Counted from the stretch's first letter, positions 1-10,557 are shown. The stretch: DNA of 64,000 nt from Cyanobacteriota bacterium (GCA_046045965.1 JBJOKS010000017.1:58134-122133); one strand, 5' to 3'. Made by a program: numbers and translations. Notes: a model not told the origin generated them from the sequence alone.

Positions 1-866
1 GGAAATCGTTTATCCCACTCCTCATCTGTGATTTGCGCTAATTCTACCAGCTTGGGTGCTAAATTTTCAGGATATGGTTGAAAATCTGTAACATCAGTTA
101 TTTGAGAAAAACGCTGATTCCAAGGACATACATCTTGACAAATATCACAACCTGCTACCCAACCTTGTAAATGGGGTTTTACTTGTTCTGGCAATGTTTC
201 TGCCCGATTTTCAATGGTATGATAGGCAATACACTTGTTAGCATCGACTACAAATGGCTGAGTAATTGCCCTTGTAGGACAAGCTTCTATACATCTTGTA
301 CAAGTACCACAATGTTGTGTAGCTGGGCGATCGGTCTCTAATTCTAGATTAGTTAATACTTCTCCCAAAAATACCCAAGAGCCATACTCCCTAGTAATTA
401 CATTACCATTTTTCGCAATCCAACCAATACCAGCTTTTTGCGCCCAAACTTTATCTTGCACTGGTCCTGTGTCTGCATAATATCTAGCTTTTATGCCTTC
501 ATCTTGTGATTCTAACCAGGTAGCTAGTTGCTTCAGCTTCTTGTGCAGTATCTTATGATAGTCTCTTCCCCAACCATAACGGGAAATTTTGGCGTATTCT
601 TCACCTTCTGGACGTTGGTGTGGTGTGTAATAATTCAGTGCCACACACACAAGCGATCGCACTTCCGGCATCACTAAACTAACATCTTGGCGTTTCGGGT
701 TTCCCATCCATTCCATATCGGCGTGATAACCCATTGCTATCCATGCTTGCAACCTTTGAGTTTCTGTAGCGTCTACCCCTTCTACAGCAACAATACCTGC
801 TTTGTGAAAGCCTAGCTCTTTAGCTTTCTCTTTGATGGCGCTGCTAGTTAAAGCACACTCATTCAT
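1..866 (-). CDS. queG: tRNA epoxyqueuosine(34) reductase QueG (3' end outside window)
   Basis: Not in ORF track. Manual translation from ATG at 866: MNECALTSSAIKEKAKELGFHKAGI...YGWGRDYHKILHKKLK...HCGTCTRCIEACPT (4Fe-4S motif). Confidence 0.9.
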   Translation of the reverse strand, partial: MNECALTSSAIKEKAKELGFHKAGIVAVEGVDATETQRLQAWIAMGYHADMEWMGNPKRQDVSLVMPEVRSLVCVALNYYTPHQRPEGEEYAKISRYGWGRDYHKILHKKLKQLATWLESQDEGIKARYYADTGPVQDKVWAQKAGIGWIAKNGNVITREYGSWVFLGEVLTNLELETDRPATQHCGTCTRCIEACPTRAITQPFVVDANKCIAYHTIENRAETLPEQVKPHLQGWVAGCDICQDVCPWNQRFSQITDVTDFQPYPENLAPKLVELAQITDEEWDKRF

Positions 867-1083
867 TTTGCTGCTCTTAAATTTTGCCAGTTGGCTGCTC
901 TGCGATTATACACGATGTCATCAATACATTCATTTGATTTTGCTACCCTAACTATATGTAAATTTTATTTGCAATTTGTTAAGAAATAATGCAGAATAGT
1001 TGACAAGAGGTCAAGCAACCCAGAGTGATGCCAGCCTCCCACTGATTAACAACCGACTTAGTTAATAAACTGTGGTGAACATA

Positions 1084-1605
1084 ATGACTTTCACTTCTGA
1101 CTCAGCTTCAACCCGCTTATCCCAAGCTTTCAACTACAGCAACCAAACAATTGATGCTGTCACTTCAACCGTTGCTGTCTTTAAAGCTCTCAGCGGGGAT
1201 GACCAACTAGCAGTATTGTGGTACGCTTACACAGAAATGGGTAAATTCATTACCCCAGCCGCTACAGGTGCAGCTAGATTGCAATTAGCAGAAGGTTTAT
1301 TGAATCAAATCAAACAAATGTCAAATGCAGAGCAGTTAGAAGCGATGCGTGACTTAGCTGCTCAAAGAAATACTCAAGTTTCTCGTGCTTACGGAATTCT
1401 CAGTGCTAACACCAAGTTAGCTTTCTGGTACGAATTAGCAGAATTAATGGCTAAGGGTTTTGTAGTACCTGTACCACCAGGTTATCAGATTTCTCGTGAT
1501 GGCGCACAAGTGTTAAAAACACTCCAAGAATTAGATTTCGGTCAACAAATAACTGTTTTCCGTAAAGTAGTCACAGATATGGGTGTTGATCCCCTAGCTG
1601 ACTAA
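1084..1605 (+). CDS. Helical carotenoid protein (HCP; OCP N-terminal-domain homolog)
   Basis: DDQLAVLWYAY, NTKLAFWYEL and DFGQQIT...DMGVDP motifs of the OCP NTD. ATG at 1084 preferred over GTG 1072. Confidence 0.9.
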   Translation: MTFTSDSASTRLSQAFNYSNQTIDAVTSTVAVFKALSGDDQLAVLWYAYTEMGKFITPAATGAARLQLAEGLLNQIKQMSNAEQLEAMRDLAAQRNTQVSRAYGILSANTKLAFWYELAELMAKGFVVPVPPGYQISRDGAQVLKTLQELDFGQQITVFRKVVTDMGVDPLAD

Positions 1606-1644
1606 TAATTGATTTTCTCCCAACCTCAATGTCTTTTTAAATTT

Positions 1645-1672
1645 TTATTCCCAGGTAATTACTTGGGAATAA
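1645..1672. terminator. Stem-loop between HCP and CTDH
   Basis: TTATTCCCAGGTAATTACTTGGGAATAA is a near-perfect palindrome. Confidence 0.45.
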
Positions 1673-1680
1673 TTTATTTA

Positions 1681-1753
<73 letters not shown>

Positions 1754-1765
1754 GCGATTAAAAAT

Positions 1766-2188
1766 ATGAATATTACTATTGAAGGAATTACAGAACCAAA
1801 TATATTGCATTATTTTACGACTTTAAACGCAGGTGATTTTACAAATACTGCGGAATTATTTGCTGAAGATGGTGTGATGTATCCACCTTTAGAGTCTGCT
1901 GTTATCGGACGAGATGCTATACTCAGCTATCTTAATCAAGAAGCGCAAGATATTAAAGCCGAACCCCAGCAAGGAATTACTGAAAATTTGGATCATAACC
2001 ATCTTCAAATTCAAATCACAGGTAAAGCACACACTTCTTGGTGTAGTGTTAACGTGATGTGGTTGTTTATTCTCAACCCACAACGGGAAATTTTAGAAGC
2101 AAAAATCAAACTTTTAGCTTCACCCCAAGATTTACTTTCTCTACGGCCACCAAACAAAGAATATACAATCATACCTTCAGAAGAATAG
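1766..2188 (+). CDS. OCP C-terminal domain homolog (CTDH, NTF2-like carotenoid carrier)
   Basis: IEGITEPNILHYFTTLNAGDF, HTSWCSVNV and KLLASPQDLL motifs; adjacent to HCP. Confidence 0.88.
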   Translation: MNITIEGITEPNILHYFTTLNAGDFTNTAELFAEDGVMYPPLESAVIGRDAILSYLNQEAQDIKAEPQQGITENLDHNHLQIQITGKAHTSWCSVNVMWLFILNPQREILEAKIKLLASPQDLLSLRPPNKEYTIIPSEE

Positions 2189-2243
2189 TGTCATATCAAT
2201 TCACAAAAATCCTGAAATTAACCACAGTAAAATTGTATGAGTC

Positions 2244-2268
2244 AGGTGGGAAATACCCACCTTTTTTT
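2244..2268 (+). terminator. Intrinsic terminator between convergent CTDH and RTX genes
   Basis: AGGTGGG-aaata-CCCACCT followed by a T-run. Confidence 0.65.
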
Positions 2269-2299
2269 GTCTCACACCCCCAAAGCAGAGACCCGGAGA

Positions 2300-5200
2300 T
2301 TAGACAACTAAAGTGAAATCACTACTACTGAGAGTGAGATCAGGATTAGCTAAATAAGCAAATTCAAACACAGAAGCTGCACCCAAACTACTACCATTTT
2401 GGTTATAGAAAATACTGCCAGTTTCTTGACTATAAACAATGCGAGCATTACTAGCATCAACTAACCCATCATTTGCGACAACAGCAAAGTCGCTTAACGC
2501 TTGTCCAGCAGCATTGGTAATAGCATTGAATGTAGCTCTACTCAGTACAATCTTATCTTGTCCAACTACAAAATCGATAATCCCATCAACACCTAAATTA
2601 GCATTAAATGCTCCACTTCCTTGGAAGAGAAATTGATCATTACCAGTTCCACCTATGAGGATATCATCACCCAGTCCTCCTAACAAGGTATCATTTCCTG
2701 CTAAACCTTGTAGTTGGTCATTTCCGTTACCACCAACCAGCAGATTATTTAAAGAATTACCTGTCAGACGGTCATTACCTGTTCCACCTGTGGCATTTTC
2801 AATGACATTATTAGCAGAAAGAACAAGTCGCAAATTACTATTAACAGTCTGTGCGGTTGTGACACGCAGATTTACTTTGACAGCACCAGTAGTACCAGTA
2901 AAATCGAGAGTATCATTACCACCTGTTACAGTTTCTGTAATTCTGTCAGTTCCTAAAGCCGAATTGGCAACAAAAGCATAAGTATCATTACCATTTAAAC
3001 CTGCAAGAGTGTTGTTACCACTATTACCGCTGAGAATATTATTGCCAGTATTACCAGTACCATTAATAGCCGATGTTCCTGTTAAAGCCAGGTTTTCCAC
3101 ACCTGCGGGTAAAGTGGTGGTGGTAGAGGAAGTTAGGGTATCGGTAATAGTAGTGGTAGCAGTCCTTCTAGTTCCTAAAACAGCATTGACGGGAGAACTC
3201 AGTGTGACTGTAAAGTTTTCATTCGCTTCATTGATGGCATCATTGAGAATAGGGATAATAATGGTTTGAGTGGTTTGTCCTGGGTTAAATGTCAAGGTTC
3301 CGCTTCTGCTGCTATAGTCTGACCCTGCTCTAGCAGTACCATTACTGGTGGTAAATTGAACAGTAATAGTTTGGGTACTGGCGCTAGAAAGAGTAACGTT
3401 ATAGGTAACATTTTGGGAGTTAGTTCTACCTTCAACTACTGTCTGGTTAGGACTGAGGTTAATAGTAATTGACGAACTATCATCATTATTAATTGTACCT
3501 TGACCTTGACCATCGGCAATAGTGGCATTTACGGCGTTACTCAGGTTAACAAAGAATGTCTCATTAGCCTCAACTATGGTATCGCCAATAATGGGTATTG
3601 TGATGGTTTTCGTAGTTTCGTTAGTCGCAAACGTCAGAGTCCCAGAAGTGCTGGTAAAGTCGCTACCTGCGGTGGCCGTACCATTAGCAGTGGTAAAGTT
3701 CACAGTGATAGGTTGACTAGCAGCACCGGAACGGGTGACAGTAAATACTAAATTCCGAGTACCACTGTTACCTTCTGTGATTGATACATCATTAATGGAA
3801 AGGGTGGGTAAAGTACCACCAATAGTAATAGCTTGATCAGAAAATTGTACTCTTTCAATGTCCAATAATGTATCTATGCCATCACGATTAGAAACTGTAT
3901 CGGTAATTGTGAAGACTCCTGCGTTATTGGTAATTTGATATTGGGAACGAGTACCAGAGAAAACAGCAGTATCATTTCCAGTACCACCATAGAGGGTGTC
4001 ATTACCAACACCACCTACTAACCTATCATCCCCCTGTTCACCAAATAAACGGTCATTTGCTCCATCACCTTGTATGGTGTCGTTACCCAAACCACCAAAT
4101 AAATCATCACTGTTGCTATCTCCTGTTAAGTTGTCATTAGCAACGGTTGTACTAAAAATAAAATCTGTTGCGTCTATTTCACTGGTATTAAAACCATTGA
4201 TTCTCAGTCTGTAAGCAAAATCTGGGTTACTTGTGTGGTTTAACCGAGCAGCAATGACAAAATTATCTTCAGCATCATTGCTGGTGAGAAAAGAGAGTGT
4301 TTGCGAGTCAGCAATCCTAATTGTTCTCAAATCAATTTTATCTTGTCCCCTGACAAAATCAGCAACTACATCTAAATCTTGGGCAAGAGTAAAATCATCG
4401 AAATATTCAAAGACAAATGTATCATTTCCAGCACCACCATAGAGGGTATCGCTACCGAGTCCTCCCAGTAACCTATCATCCCCCTGTTCACCAAATAAAC
4501 GGTCATTTCCTCCATCACCTTGTATGGTGTCGTTACCCAAACCACCAAATAAATCATCACTGTTGCTATCTCCTGTTAAGTTGTCATTAGCAACGGTTGT
4601 ACTAAAAATAAAATCTGTTGCGTCTATTTCACTGGTATTAAAACCATTGATTCTCAGTCTGTAAGCAAAATCTGGGTTACTTGTGTGGTTTAACCGAGCA
4701 GCAATGACAAAATTATCTTCAGCATCATTGCTGGTGAGAAAAGAGAGTGTTTGCGAGTCAGCAATCCTAATTGTTCTCAAATCAATTTTATCTTGTCCCC
4801 TGACAAAATCAGCAACTACATCTAAATCTTGGGCAAGAGTAAAATCATCGAAATATTCAAAGACAAATGTATCATTTCCAGCACCACCATAGAGGGTATC
4901 GCTACCGAGTCCTCCCAGTAACCTATCATCCCCCTGTTCACCAAATAATCGGTCATTTGCTCCACCACCTTGTATGGTGTCGTTACCCAAACCACCAAAT
5001 AAGTCATCACTGTTGCTAGTTCCTGTTAAATTGTCATTAGCAACGGTTGTACTGAAAATAAAATCTGTTGCGTCTATTTGAGTCGTATTAAAACCATTGA
5101 TTCTCAGTCTGTAAGCAAAATCTGGGTTACTTGTGTGGTTTAACCGAGCAGCAATGACAAAATTATCTTCAGCATCATTGCTGGTGAGAAAAGATAATGT

Positions 5201-5965
5201 TTGTGAGTCAGCAATTCTAATTGTTCTCAAATCAATTTTATCTTGTCCCCTGACAAAATCAGTAACGATATCTAAATCTTGGGCAAGAGTAAAATCATTG
5301 AAATATTCAAAGACAAATGTATCGTTTCCAGCACCACCTATGAGGCTATCAGAACCCAAACCCCCAAATAATTGATCATTTCCACCCAAACCAGACAGTG
5401 TATCATTACCGGCTAAACCTTGAATGACATCATCACCCGATGTTCCTTCAATAGAGTCACTACCTGATGTTCCCTGCTGCTCTACCTGAATAACTTGGCC
5501 ATTTACGGTAATTGTGGCTGAATCATCTTCTGCTTGTAAAGCTTGTAAGGTTGCAGCATCCAAACTGTTACCCAGTACCAACTCAGCAAAAATTGCCCCT
5601 TCATCTCCAGCACTGTCCAAGGTATTAATTTGAGCATCTACAAAATGCCCAATTTCCTCTAATAAAACTCTACTAATATCTGCTGGTGTAGCGTTAGCAA
5701 CAAAGGTATTTGACAGATATATCTTATTCGTGCTACTTGCATAAGCGCCGTTAGCAGTTCCCAGAATGCTACTATCCAGAATTTCAATTTGCGGAAGTTG
5801 ACTAAAATCACCAGTTTGCCACTGTAAACGTAGAATTTCCGCGACACTGCTGTTGTATTGCGTACCAAAAGCAGTATCTACAACCTGCCAGAAGATATTT
5901 ACACCAGAAAAGGCGCTCAGTTGGTTGTATGTCAGCGTTAGGGCATCGTTGAGTAAAGTATTCAT
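2300..5965 (-). CDS. Secreted RTX-type Ca-binding protein with two Calx-beta domains
   Basis: Many GGxGxDxL nonapeptides, Calx-beta motifs (TANGTATAGSDF...E.NETF), N-terminal LLEEIGHFVD domain and a T1SS-like C-terminus. Confidence 0.9.
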   Translation of the reverse strand: MNTLLNDALTLTYNQLSAFSGVNIFWQVVDTAFGTQYNSSVAEILRLQWQTGDFSQLPQIEILDSSILGTANGAYASSTNKIYLSNTFVANATPADISRVLLEEIGHFVDAQINTLDSAGDEGAIFAELVLGNSLDAATLQALQAEDDSATITVNGQVIQVEQQGTSGSDSIEGTSGDDVIQGLAGNDTLSGLGGNDQLFGGLGSDSLIGGAGNDTFVFEYFNDFTLAQDLDIVTDFVRGQDKIDLRTIRIADSQTLSFLTSNDAEDNFVIAARLNHTSNPDFAYRLRINGFNTTQIDATDFIFSTTVANDNLTGTSNSDDLFGGLGNDTIQGGGANDRLFGEQGDDRLLGGLGSDTLYGGAGNDTFVFEYFDDFTLAQDLDVVADFVRGQDKIDLRTIRIADSQTLSFLTSNDAEDNFVIAARLNHTSNPDFAYRLRINGFNTSEIDATDFIFSTTVANDNLTGDSNSDDLFGGLGNDTIQGDGGNDRLFGEQGDDRLLGGLGSDTLYGGAGNDTFVFEYFDDFTLAQDLDVVADFVRGQDKIDLRTIRIADSQTLSFLTSNDAEDNFVIAARLNHTSNPDFAYRLRINGFNTSEIDATDFIFSTTVANDNLTGDSNSDDLFGGLGNDTIQGDGANDRLFGEQGDDRLVGGVGNDTLYGGTGNDTAVFSGTRSQYQITNNAGVFTITDTVSNRDGIDTLLDIERVQFSDQAITIGGTLPTLSINDVSITEGNSGTRNLVFTVTRSGAASQPITVNFTTANGTATAGSDFTSTSGTLTFATNETTKTITIPIIGDTIVEANETFFVNLSNAVNATIADGQGQGTINNDDSSSITINLSPNQTVVEGRTNSQNVTYNVTLSSASTQTITVQFTTSNGTARAGSDYSSRSGTLTFNPGQTTQTIIIPILNDAINEANENFTVTLSSPVNAVLGTRRTATTTITDTLTSSTTTTLPAGVENLALTGTSAINGTGNTGNNILSGNSGNNTLAGLNGNDTYAFVANSALGTDRITETVTGGNDTLDFTGTTGAVKVNLRVTTAQTVNSNLRLVLSANNVIENATGGTGNDRLTGNSLNNLLVGGNGNDQLQGLAGNDTLLGGLGDDILIGGTGNDQFLFQGSGAFNANLGVDGIIDFVVGQDKIVLSRATFNAITNAAGQALSDFAVVANDGLVDASNARIVYSQETGSIFYNQNGSSLGAASVFEFAYLANPDLTLSSSDFTLVV
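3990..5340. repeat. Three intragenic ~450-bp tandem repeats
   Basis: Near-identical blocks recur at 4233, 4683 and 5133 (period 450). Confidence 0.92.
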
Positions 5966-6077
5966 GAAATACGTCTTGTAAAAGTTTTACACATTTTAAC
6001 AAAGTGTAATTTTTACAAGCAAGTAGTATTTTTTTAGGAAAATGGTTATATTTTTTATACCTCTTTCTACTTATATT

Positions 6078-6518
6078 TTAACTCTTACTAACCGTTGATT
6101 GAGCTAAAGAGCGCAATAACAATTTTCTACCTAATTCAATATCTGAGGGCGCACATTGCCAATCTGGGTGTGCAGTCATTAACAAACTATCTAAAGTTTC
6201 TTGATCAAAAAGATGCCACACAGGCGCATCATTAATTCTAGCTTCTAGAGCATAGCAGTTAGTAGCAATGCAGCGAATCATGCAACGGCTGGATATTCTC
6301 GCCAAACTCATCATCTCTCCAGGTTGTAGAGAGCGAAATTTGCGGATTACTTCTTTAAACTCATCAAAAGAAGATACTATCAATCCAGGTAGAGCTAATG
6401 TTACCTTTTTTTCTCCATTCACCGCAATCCAGTAATGACGACTAGGGTCGATACCTTCTAACCAAGGTGATTCATCATCAAGACGATAGCGGGGTGATAG
6501 GCAAAATAAAGGTTCCAT
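6078..6518 (-). CDS. Hypothetical protein
   Basis: ORF starting MEPLFCLSPRYRL; ATG 6518 chosen as start. Confidence 0.7.
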   Translation of the reverse strand: MEPLFCLSPRYRLDDESPWLEGIDPSRHYWIAVNGEKKVTLALPGLIVSSFDEFKEVIRKFRSLQPGEMMSLARISSRCMIRCIATNCYALEARINDAPVWHLFDQETLDSLLMTAHPDWQCAPSDIELGRKLLLRSLAQSTVSKS

Positions 6519-6707
6519 AAGCAAAATAATGAATTTAATATCAACTACAGGCTCTTCGATCACCCAAACAGGGTTCCCAATTTTGCAAAGCAGCCTTATG
6601 ACTTAAAATTATTTGATAATTCTCACTAATAAATCAAATAAATTTAGCAAAAGTTATTAATATTATTCATATTTCTTAATAAATCACCTTCTTGAGCCGG
6701 GAGCTTG

Positions 6708-7133
6708 TTAATTGACCAATTCTGGTATGGTAGTTTCTAGCTTCAGACAGTTAGCACCATTAACCTGCAACCGATACTCTACCTTGTCCATGAGACGAGT
6801 CATAATCAACCACCCATAACCACCTTCTTGTTTTTGTCCAGGATTAGGAGGAAAGTAGGTGGACATATCAAAACCATTACCATAGTCCCAGATTTCGATC
6901 GCCAATTTCCGATCTTTGAGTTCCAAACGCAATAAAATGGGTAAGCTGGGCTGATCTTTGTGAGCATGACGTACAGCATTAGAGTATGCTTCAACCAACG
7001 CCAACCGCAAACGGCTTGATTGCGCTGACCAATCCACAGATTCACCCAGATGAATTTTCAAGCATCCCAGCAACCAAGTTTCGACGATATTTACAAAACT
7101 CAAATCACTTGGTACATGAAGCTCACTTTTCAT
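6708..7133 (-). CDS. RsbW-like anti-sigma/Ser kinase (HATPase_c), probable HmpW ortholog
   Basis: LALVEAYSNAVRH, WDYGNGFD and GGYGWLIM boxes; lies directly downstream of the SpoIIE phosphatase gene. Confidence 0.85.
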   Translation of the reverse strand: MKSELHVPSDLSFVNIVETWLLGCLKIHLGESVDWSAQSSRLRLALVEAYSNAVRHAHKDQPSLPILLRLELKDRKLAIEIWDYGNGFDMSTYFPPNPGQKQEGGYGWLIMTRLMDKVEYRLQVNGANCLKLETTIPELVN

Positions 7134-7136
7134 TAG

Positions 7137-8810
7137 TTACAAAACCTCCAGGGAGAGTATAGTTTGGTCATCTTCTTGGATAGGGTTATCTGTTTGAATA
7201 CGAGTTAGTAAATGTTCAAGAGAAAAAGGTTGAGGTTGCTCTTGTATAAGTTGCCAAAGACCTTCTTGATTTAGCATAGAAGAGTTTATTGGCTGATCGC
7301 TATTAGTATTTTTTTTAGAAATATTTGAATTTATTGATACTTGCGCTTCAGTAATTCCATCACTAGCTAATAACAGCGTGTCTCCAGAAGCCAGAATCAA
7401 TCTGCCTGACTTTGACTGCCATTTGGGTAAAATACCCAAGGGAATGCTGCGGATTTTGAGGTAATGTGGTTGAGTAACTAAAGTTGCTGGTTTTGACCAC
7501 AAGAGAGGATAGATATGCCCAGCATTAGCATAGACAAGTTCTTTGGTAGCTGGGTTATAGGATGCAATAACAAGAGTTATAAAATAATTATTACTAATTA
7601 AATCATCAGCCAGCGCATAGTTGAGATTTTGCATAACAATATTCGGCTCGGCTGGTGATTGTTGAGATAATTCCCGACGCAACAGGGAAATAGCACTGGC
7701 CATGAATAGAGCTGCTGGCACACCTTTACCCGAAACATCACCGACAGCCAACCACAAGTTACCTTGAGGATGGACAAAGACTTCAAAAAAATCTCCGCCT
7801 ACTTCCCGCGCCGGATAACAGCAAGCTTGGACTTTGACACCATCAAACTCAGGTAAGATTTGACGAAGGAGGTTATTTTGAATTTGGCGAGCTACTTGCA
7901 ATTCAACACGTATTTGTTCTTGTTTTTCTTGCAGACTTTGGTAGAGTTTGGCTTGGGAGAGGGCTAAAGCTGCTTGTTCTGCCACACCTGTAATGAGTTG
8001 GATATCTTCCTGGGTCCAAGGTTGTTCACTTCCCCATTGATAGATAGTCATCACAGCGAGTAAGTGCTGCTGGTAGTTAAATGGAACAACTAGACAGTGA
8101 TAAGGATTTTGATTATATGTATCTTGAGCTAACTGATATTTTTGAGTGTGGAGAACTTCTATAATTAATGGGATCGGGTCTAAAGGTGGACTAATGGCTG
8201 GGAATTGAGGATCATGATAGGAAAACTGATCTGGTGTCAGGACATCGCCCTCTACTAGTCTCAGCACACAACTGGTAGCAGCAAATGTTTGTCCAATAGT
8301 AACGACAATATTTTGCAGGATACTGTCATAGTCCAATGATTCTCGAATTGCCGTTGTTACCGCATTAAATAAAGATTCTCGTCGCAGGGCATTACGCAGT
8401 TCTTTTGTCCGCTTTTTAACTAATTTATAAGTATCCCGTCCTTGCTCAACTAATACCTTGAGTTGTTCCGGTTTCCAGGGTTTAGTGATGTACTTGAATA
8501 CCTGTCCAGAGTTAATCGCATCTACCAAATCTTCAACATCTGTAAAACCAGTCAGTAAAATACGAATTGTATCGGGAAAACGCTCCACTGTCCGACTAAA
8601 AAATTCCGTACCGTTCATATCTGGCATTCTTTGGTCAGAGATAATCACGGCCATCTCCCCCACTTGGTCTAATATTGCCAAAGCATCATGGGCGTTAATT
8701 GCTTTATATACTTTAAAGTCTCGCCAAAAAGTGCGGTAGAGCAAGTCCAAATTATCTGGCTCATCATCTACCACCATGAGCTTGAGCTTTTCTACCTCTT
8801 TGTTAGTCAT
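7137..8810 (-). CDS. REC-GAF-SpoIIE (PP2C) phosphatase, probable HmpU ortholog
   Basis: VVDDE/ISDQRMP receiver domain, a GAF domain, and EVGGDFF, GDVSGKG, SDGITE and DDQT PP2C motifs. Confidence 0.9.
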   Translation of the reverse strand: MTNKEVEKLKLMVVDDEPDNLDLLYRTFWRDFKVYKAINAHDALAILDQVGEMAVIISDQRMPDMNGTEFFSRTVERFPDTIRILLTGFTDVEDLVDAINSGQVFKYITKPWKPEQLKVLVEQGRDTYKLVKKRTKELRNALRRESLFNAVTTAIRESLDYDSILQNIVVTIGQTFAATSCVLRLVEGDVLTPDQFSYHDPQFPAISPPLDPIPLIIEVLHTQKYQLAQDTYNQNPYHCLVVPFNYQQHLLAVMTIYQWGSEQPWTQEDIQLITGVAEQAALALSQAKLYQSLQEKQEQIRVELQVARQIQNNLLRQILPEFDGVKVQACCYPAREVGGDFFEVFVHPQGNLWLAVGDVSGKGVPAALFMASAISLLRRELSQQSPAEPNIVMQNLNYALADDLISNNYFITLVIASYNPATKELVYANAGHIYPLLWSKPATLVTQPHYLKIRSIPLGILPKWQSKSGRLILASGDTLLLASDGITEAQVSINSNISKKNTNSDQPINSSMLNQEGLWQLIQEQPQPFSLEHLLTRIQTDNPIQEDDQTILSLEVL

Positions 8811-9025
8811 ATTTGACTATTCTTTCTAGATACTTTAATGGCAGGGAATAGGGAACAGGGAGGAGAAAAAAGTGATCGTGGGTAATTACCCACACAGAAT
8901 ATCATTAACTTACCTTTGGGGGTGAAAGTCCCCTGCTTCTACAAGCAGCGGGTTTTGCGTCGGGGTAAAATCCCGTTGCCAAACGTAATTCTACATTCTA
9001 CATTCTAAATTCTTCATTCTTTTAA

Positions 9026-9757
9026 TTAGTCCACAATTCCTGAACGTAAAGCGCGTACTGCGGCTTGGGTACGGTCATCAGCAGATAGCTTGTTAAGAAT
9101 ATTGCGAACATGAGTTTTTACGGTTCCAATTGTGATGTACAATCTTTCGGCAATGACTGCATTACTACAACCTTCAACTATTAAGTGTAATACTTCTAAT
9201 TCCCTATCTGTGAGGGCGTAAGGTTCGATAGGCTGCTGATTTTCTTCTGGTTCTGAAGAAGATGCAAAAGTTCGGGTATCTGAGAATATAGATGCTAGTG
9301 GAGTCGGATTTTGCTGTGCTTTTTGCTGTGCTTGTTGTAATACAATTCTGGCGATCGCTGGATCAATCCAAGCATAGCCATTGTATGTCACCCGCACTGC
9401 TTCTAGCAAATTATCAAAGTTGATATCCTTCATACAGTAGGAGTCTGCACCCGCAGCAAAAGCTGCCAACACGGACTCCTTGTTATCTTGTAGTGTCAAA
9501 ATCAAGACTTTGGTATCTAACTTTTGAGTTTCAGCAATAGCTTTTACCTCTTTTGTTAGCTCAATACCATCCTGATCTGGTAAACCGATATCGACTATCG
9601 CAATATCTGGTTGTAGTGTTTTTAACATTTTCAACCCTTCAGCCGCAGTGGCCGCTTCCCCGACAAGTTCAATTTCTTTTTTCTGTGAGAGTGCTGTCCG
9701 AATTCCCACACGAGTGAGATCATGATCTTCAATCAGCGCGATGCGAATTTTACTCAT
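9026..9757 (-). CDS. NarL/LuxR-family response regulator
   Basis: REC domain (IEDH, VDIGLP) and LuxR HTH (LTDRELEVL...TVKTHVRNILNKL). Confidence 0.92.
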   Translation of the reverse strand: MSKIRIALIEDHDLTRVGIRTALSQKKEIELVGEAATAAEGLKMLKTLQPDIAIVDIGLPDQDGIELTKEVKAIAETQKLDTKVLILTLQDNKESVLAAFAAGADSYCMKDINFDNLLEAVRVTYNGYAWIDPAIARIVLQQAQQKAQQNPTPLASIFSDTRTFASSSEPEENQQPIEPYALTDRELEVLHLIVEGCSNAVIAERLYITIGTVKTHVRNILNKLSADDRTQAAVRALRSGIVD

Positions 9758-10329
9758 AATCAACTTATGCCTGTTAATACTCAGTTTTACACTCCTCACG
9801 CCTAAAAAGCATGAGATTATTAATTTACAATCAGTTCCACCACTTTGCCCAACTTGCCTTAAGTTACCTATTACCTAGAGAATAATTATTACTAGGAGCA
9901 TATCAATATATAAGTTTGTAAAATTAATAAGATTATAAATTGTAAACCAGTTAGATTTTGCGTTTCATAGAGATTTATAAACTTTGACAATGATTATGGC
10001 TATTTTTAGCCTAACTTTATCTGGGCGTTATCCAAAACTATATCTTATGATCGGTGAGTAGGAATCAGGTAGACGGCATAAATATTCTTTGGGAAAGAAT
10101 TACACACTGATAACTATCTTAGCTAACCCTAATTTTTCCTTGGTCTATTTTCATTCATTCAACCAAATGACAGAAGATTTAGTAATGAGTAATTTGTAAT
10201 CAGCAAAGTTTTTAGTTAGGCGAAAAATGATTTTTTACTTTTTATAGCACCCAAGGCAACCCATTATAAATTAACAATATAATAAAACAGTATTAATCTC
10301 TTTATGACTGCTGAATTTATATTTACATA

Positions 10330-10460
10330 TAAGTAAGTCGGCACGAAAAAACCAAGGTATGTAAAAAAATGTAAAATTGCTAAAAACCTCTTCCCTCCAG
10401 CATAGCTGCCTCCTGCCTCCTGCCTTGTCATAACGACAATTTTTAACGCCTACCTACTTA
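10330..10460. mobile_element. MITE-like element with TAAGTA...TACTTA termini
   Basis: Imperfect terminal inverted repeats (TAAGTAAGTCGGC / GCCTACCTACTTA) around a TGCCTCC heptamer core. Confidence 0.55.
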
Positions 10461-10557
10461 GCCTTTCCCAGTCTAATGAAGTACACACCAATTTATTCCC
10501 TGTTCCCTGGTTCCTAAAACTAAAAAATGTTGTACCTCACGAGCATGGGAACTTCTA
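10459..10557. mobile_element. MITE-like element, same family as 62641-62753 (opposite orientation)
   Basis: TAGCCTTTCCCAGTCTAATGAAGTACAC...GTACCTCACGAGCATGGGAACTTCTA aligns with the reverse complement of 62641-62753. Confidence 0.7.

Noticed and set aside
2439..5868. Many short antisense and alternate-frame ORFs within the RTX gene
   Set aside because: Shadow ORFs produced by repetitive, biased coding sequence.
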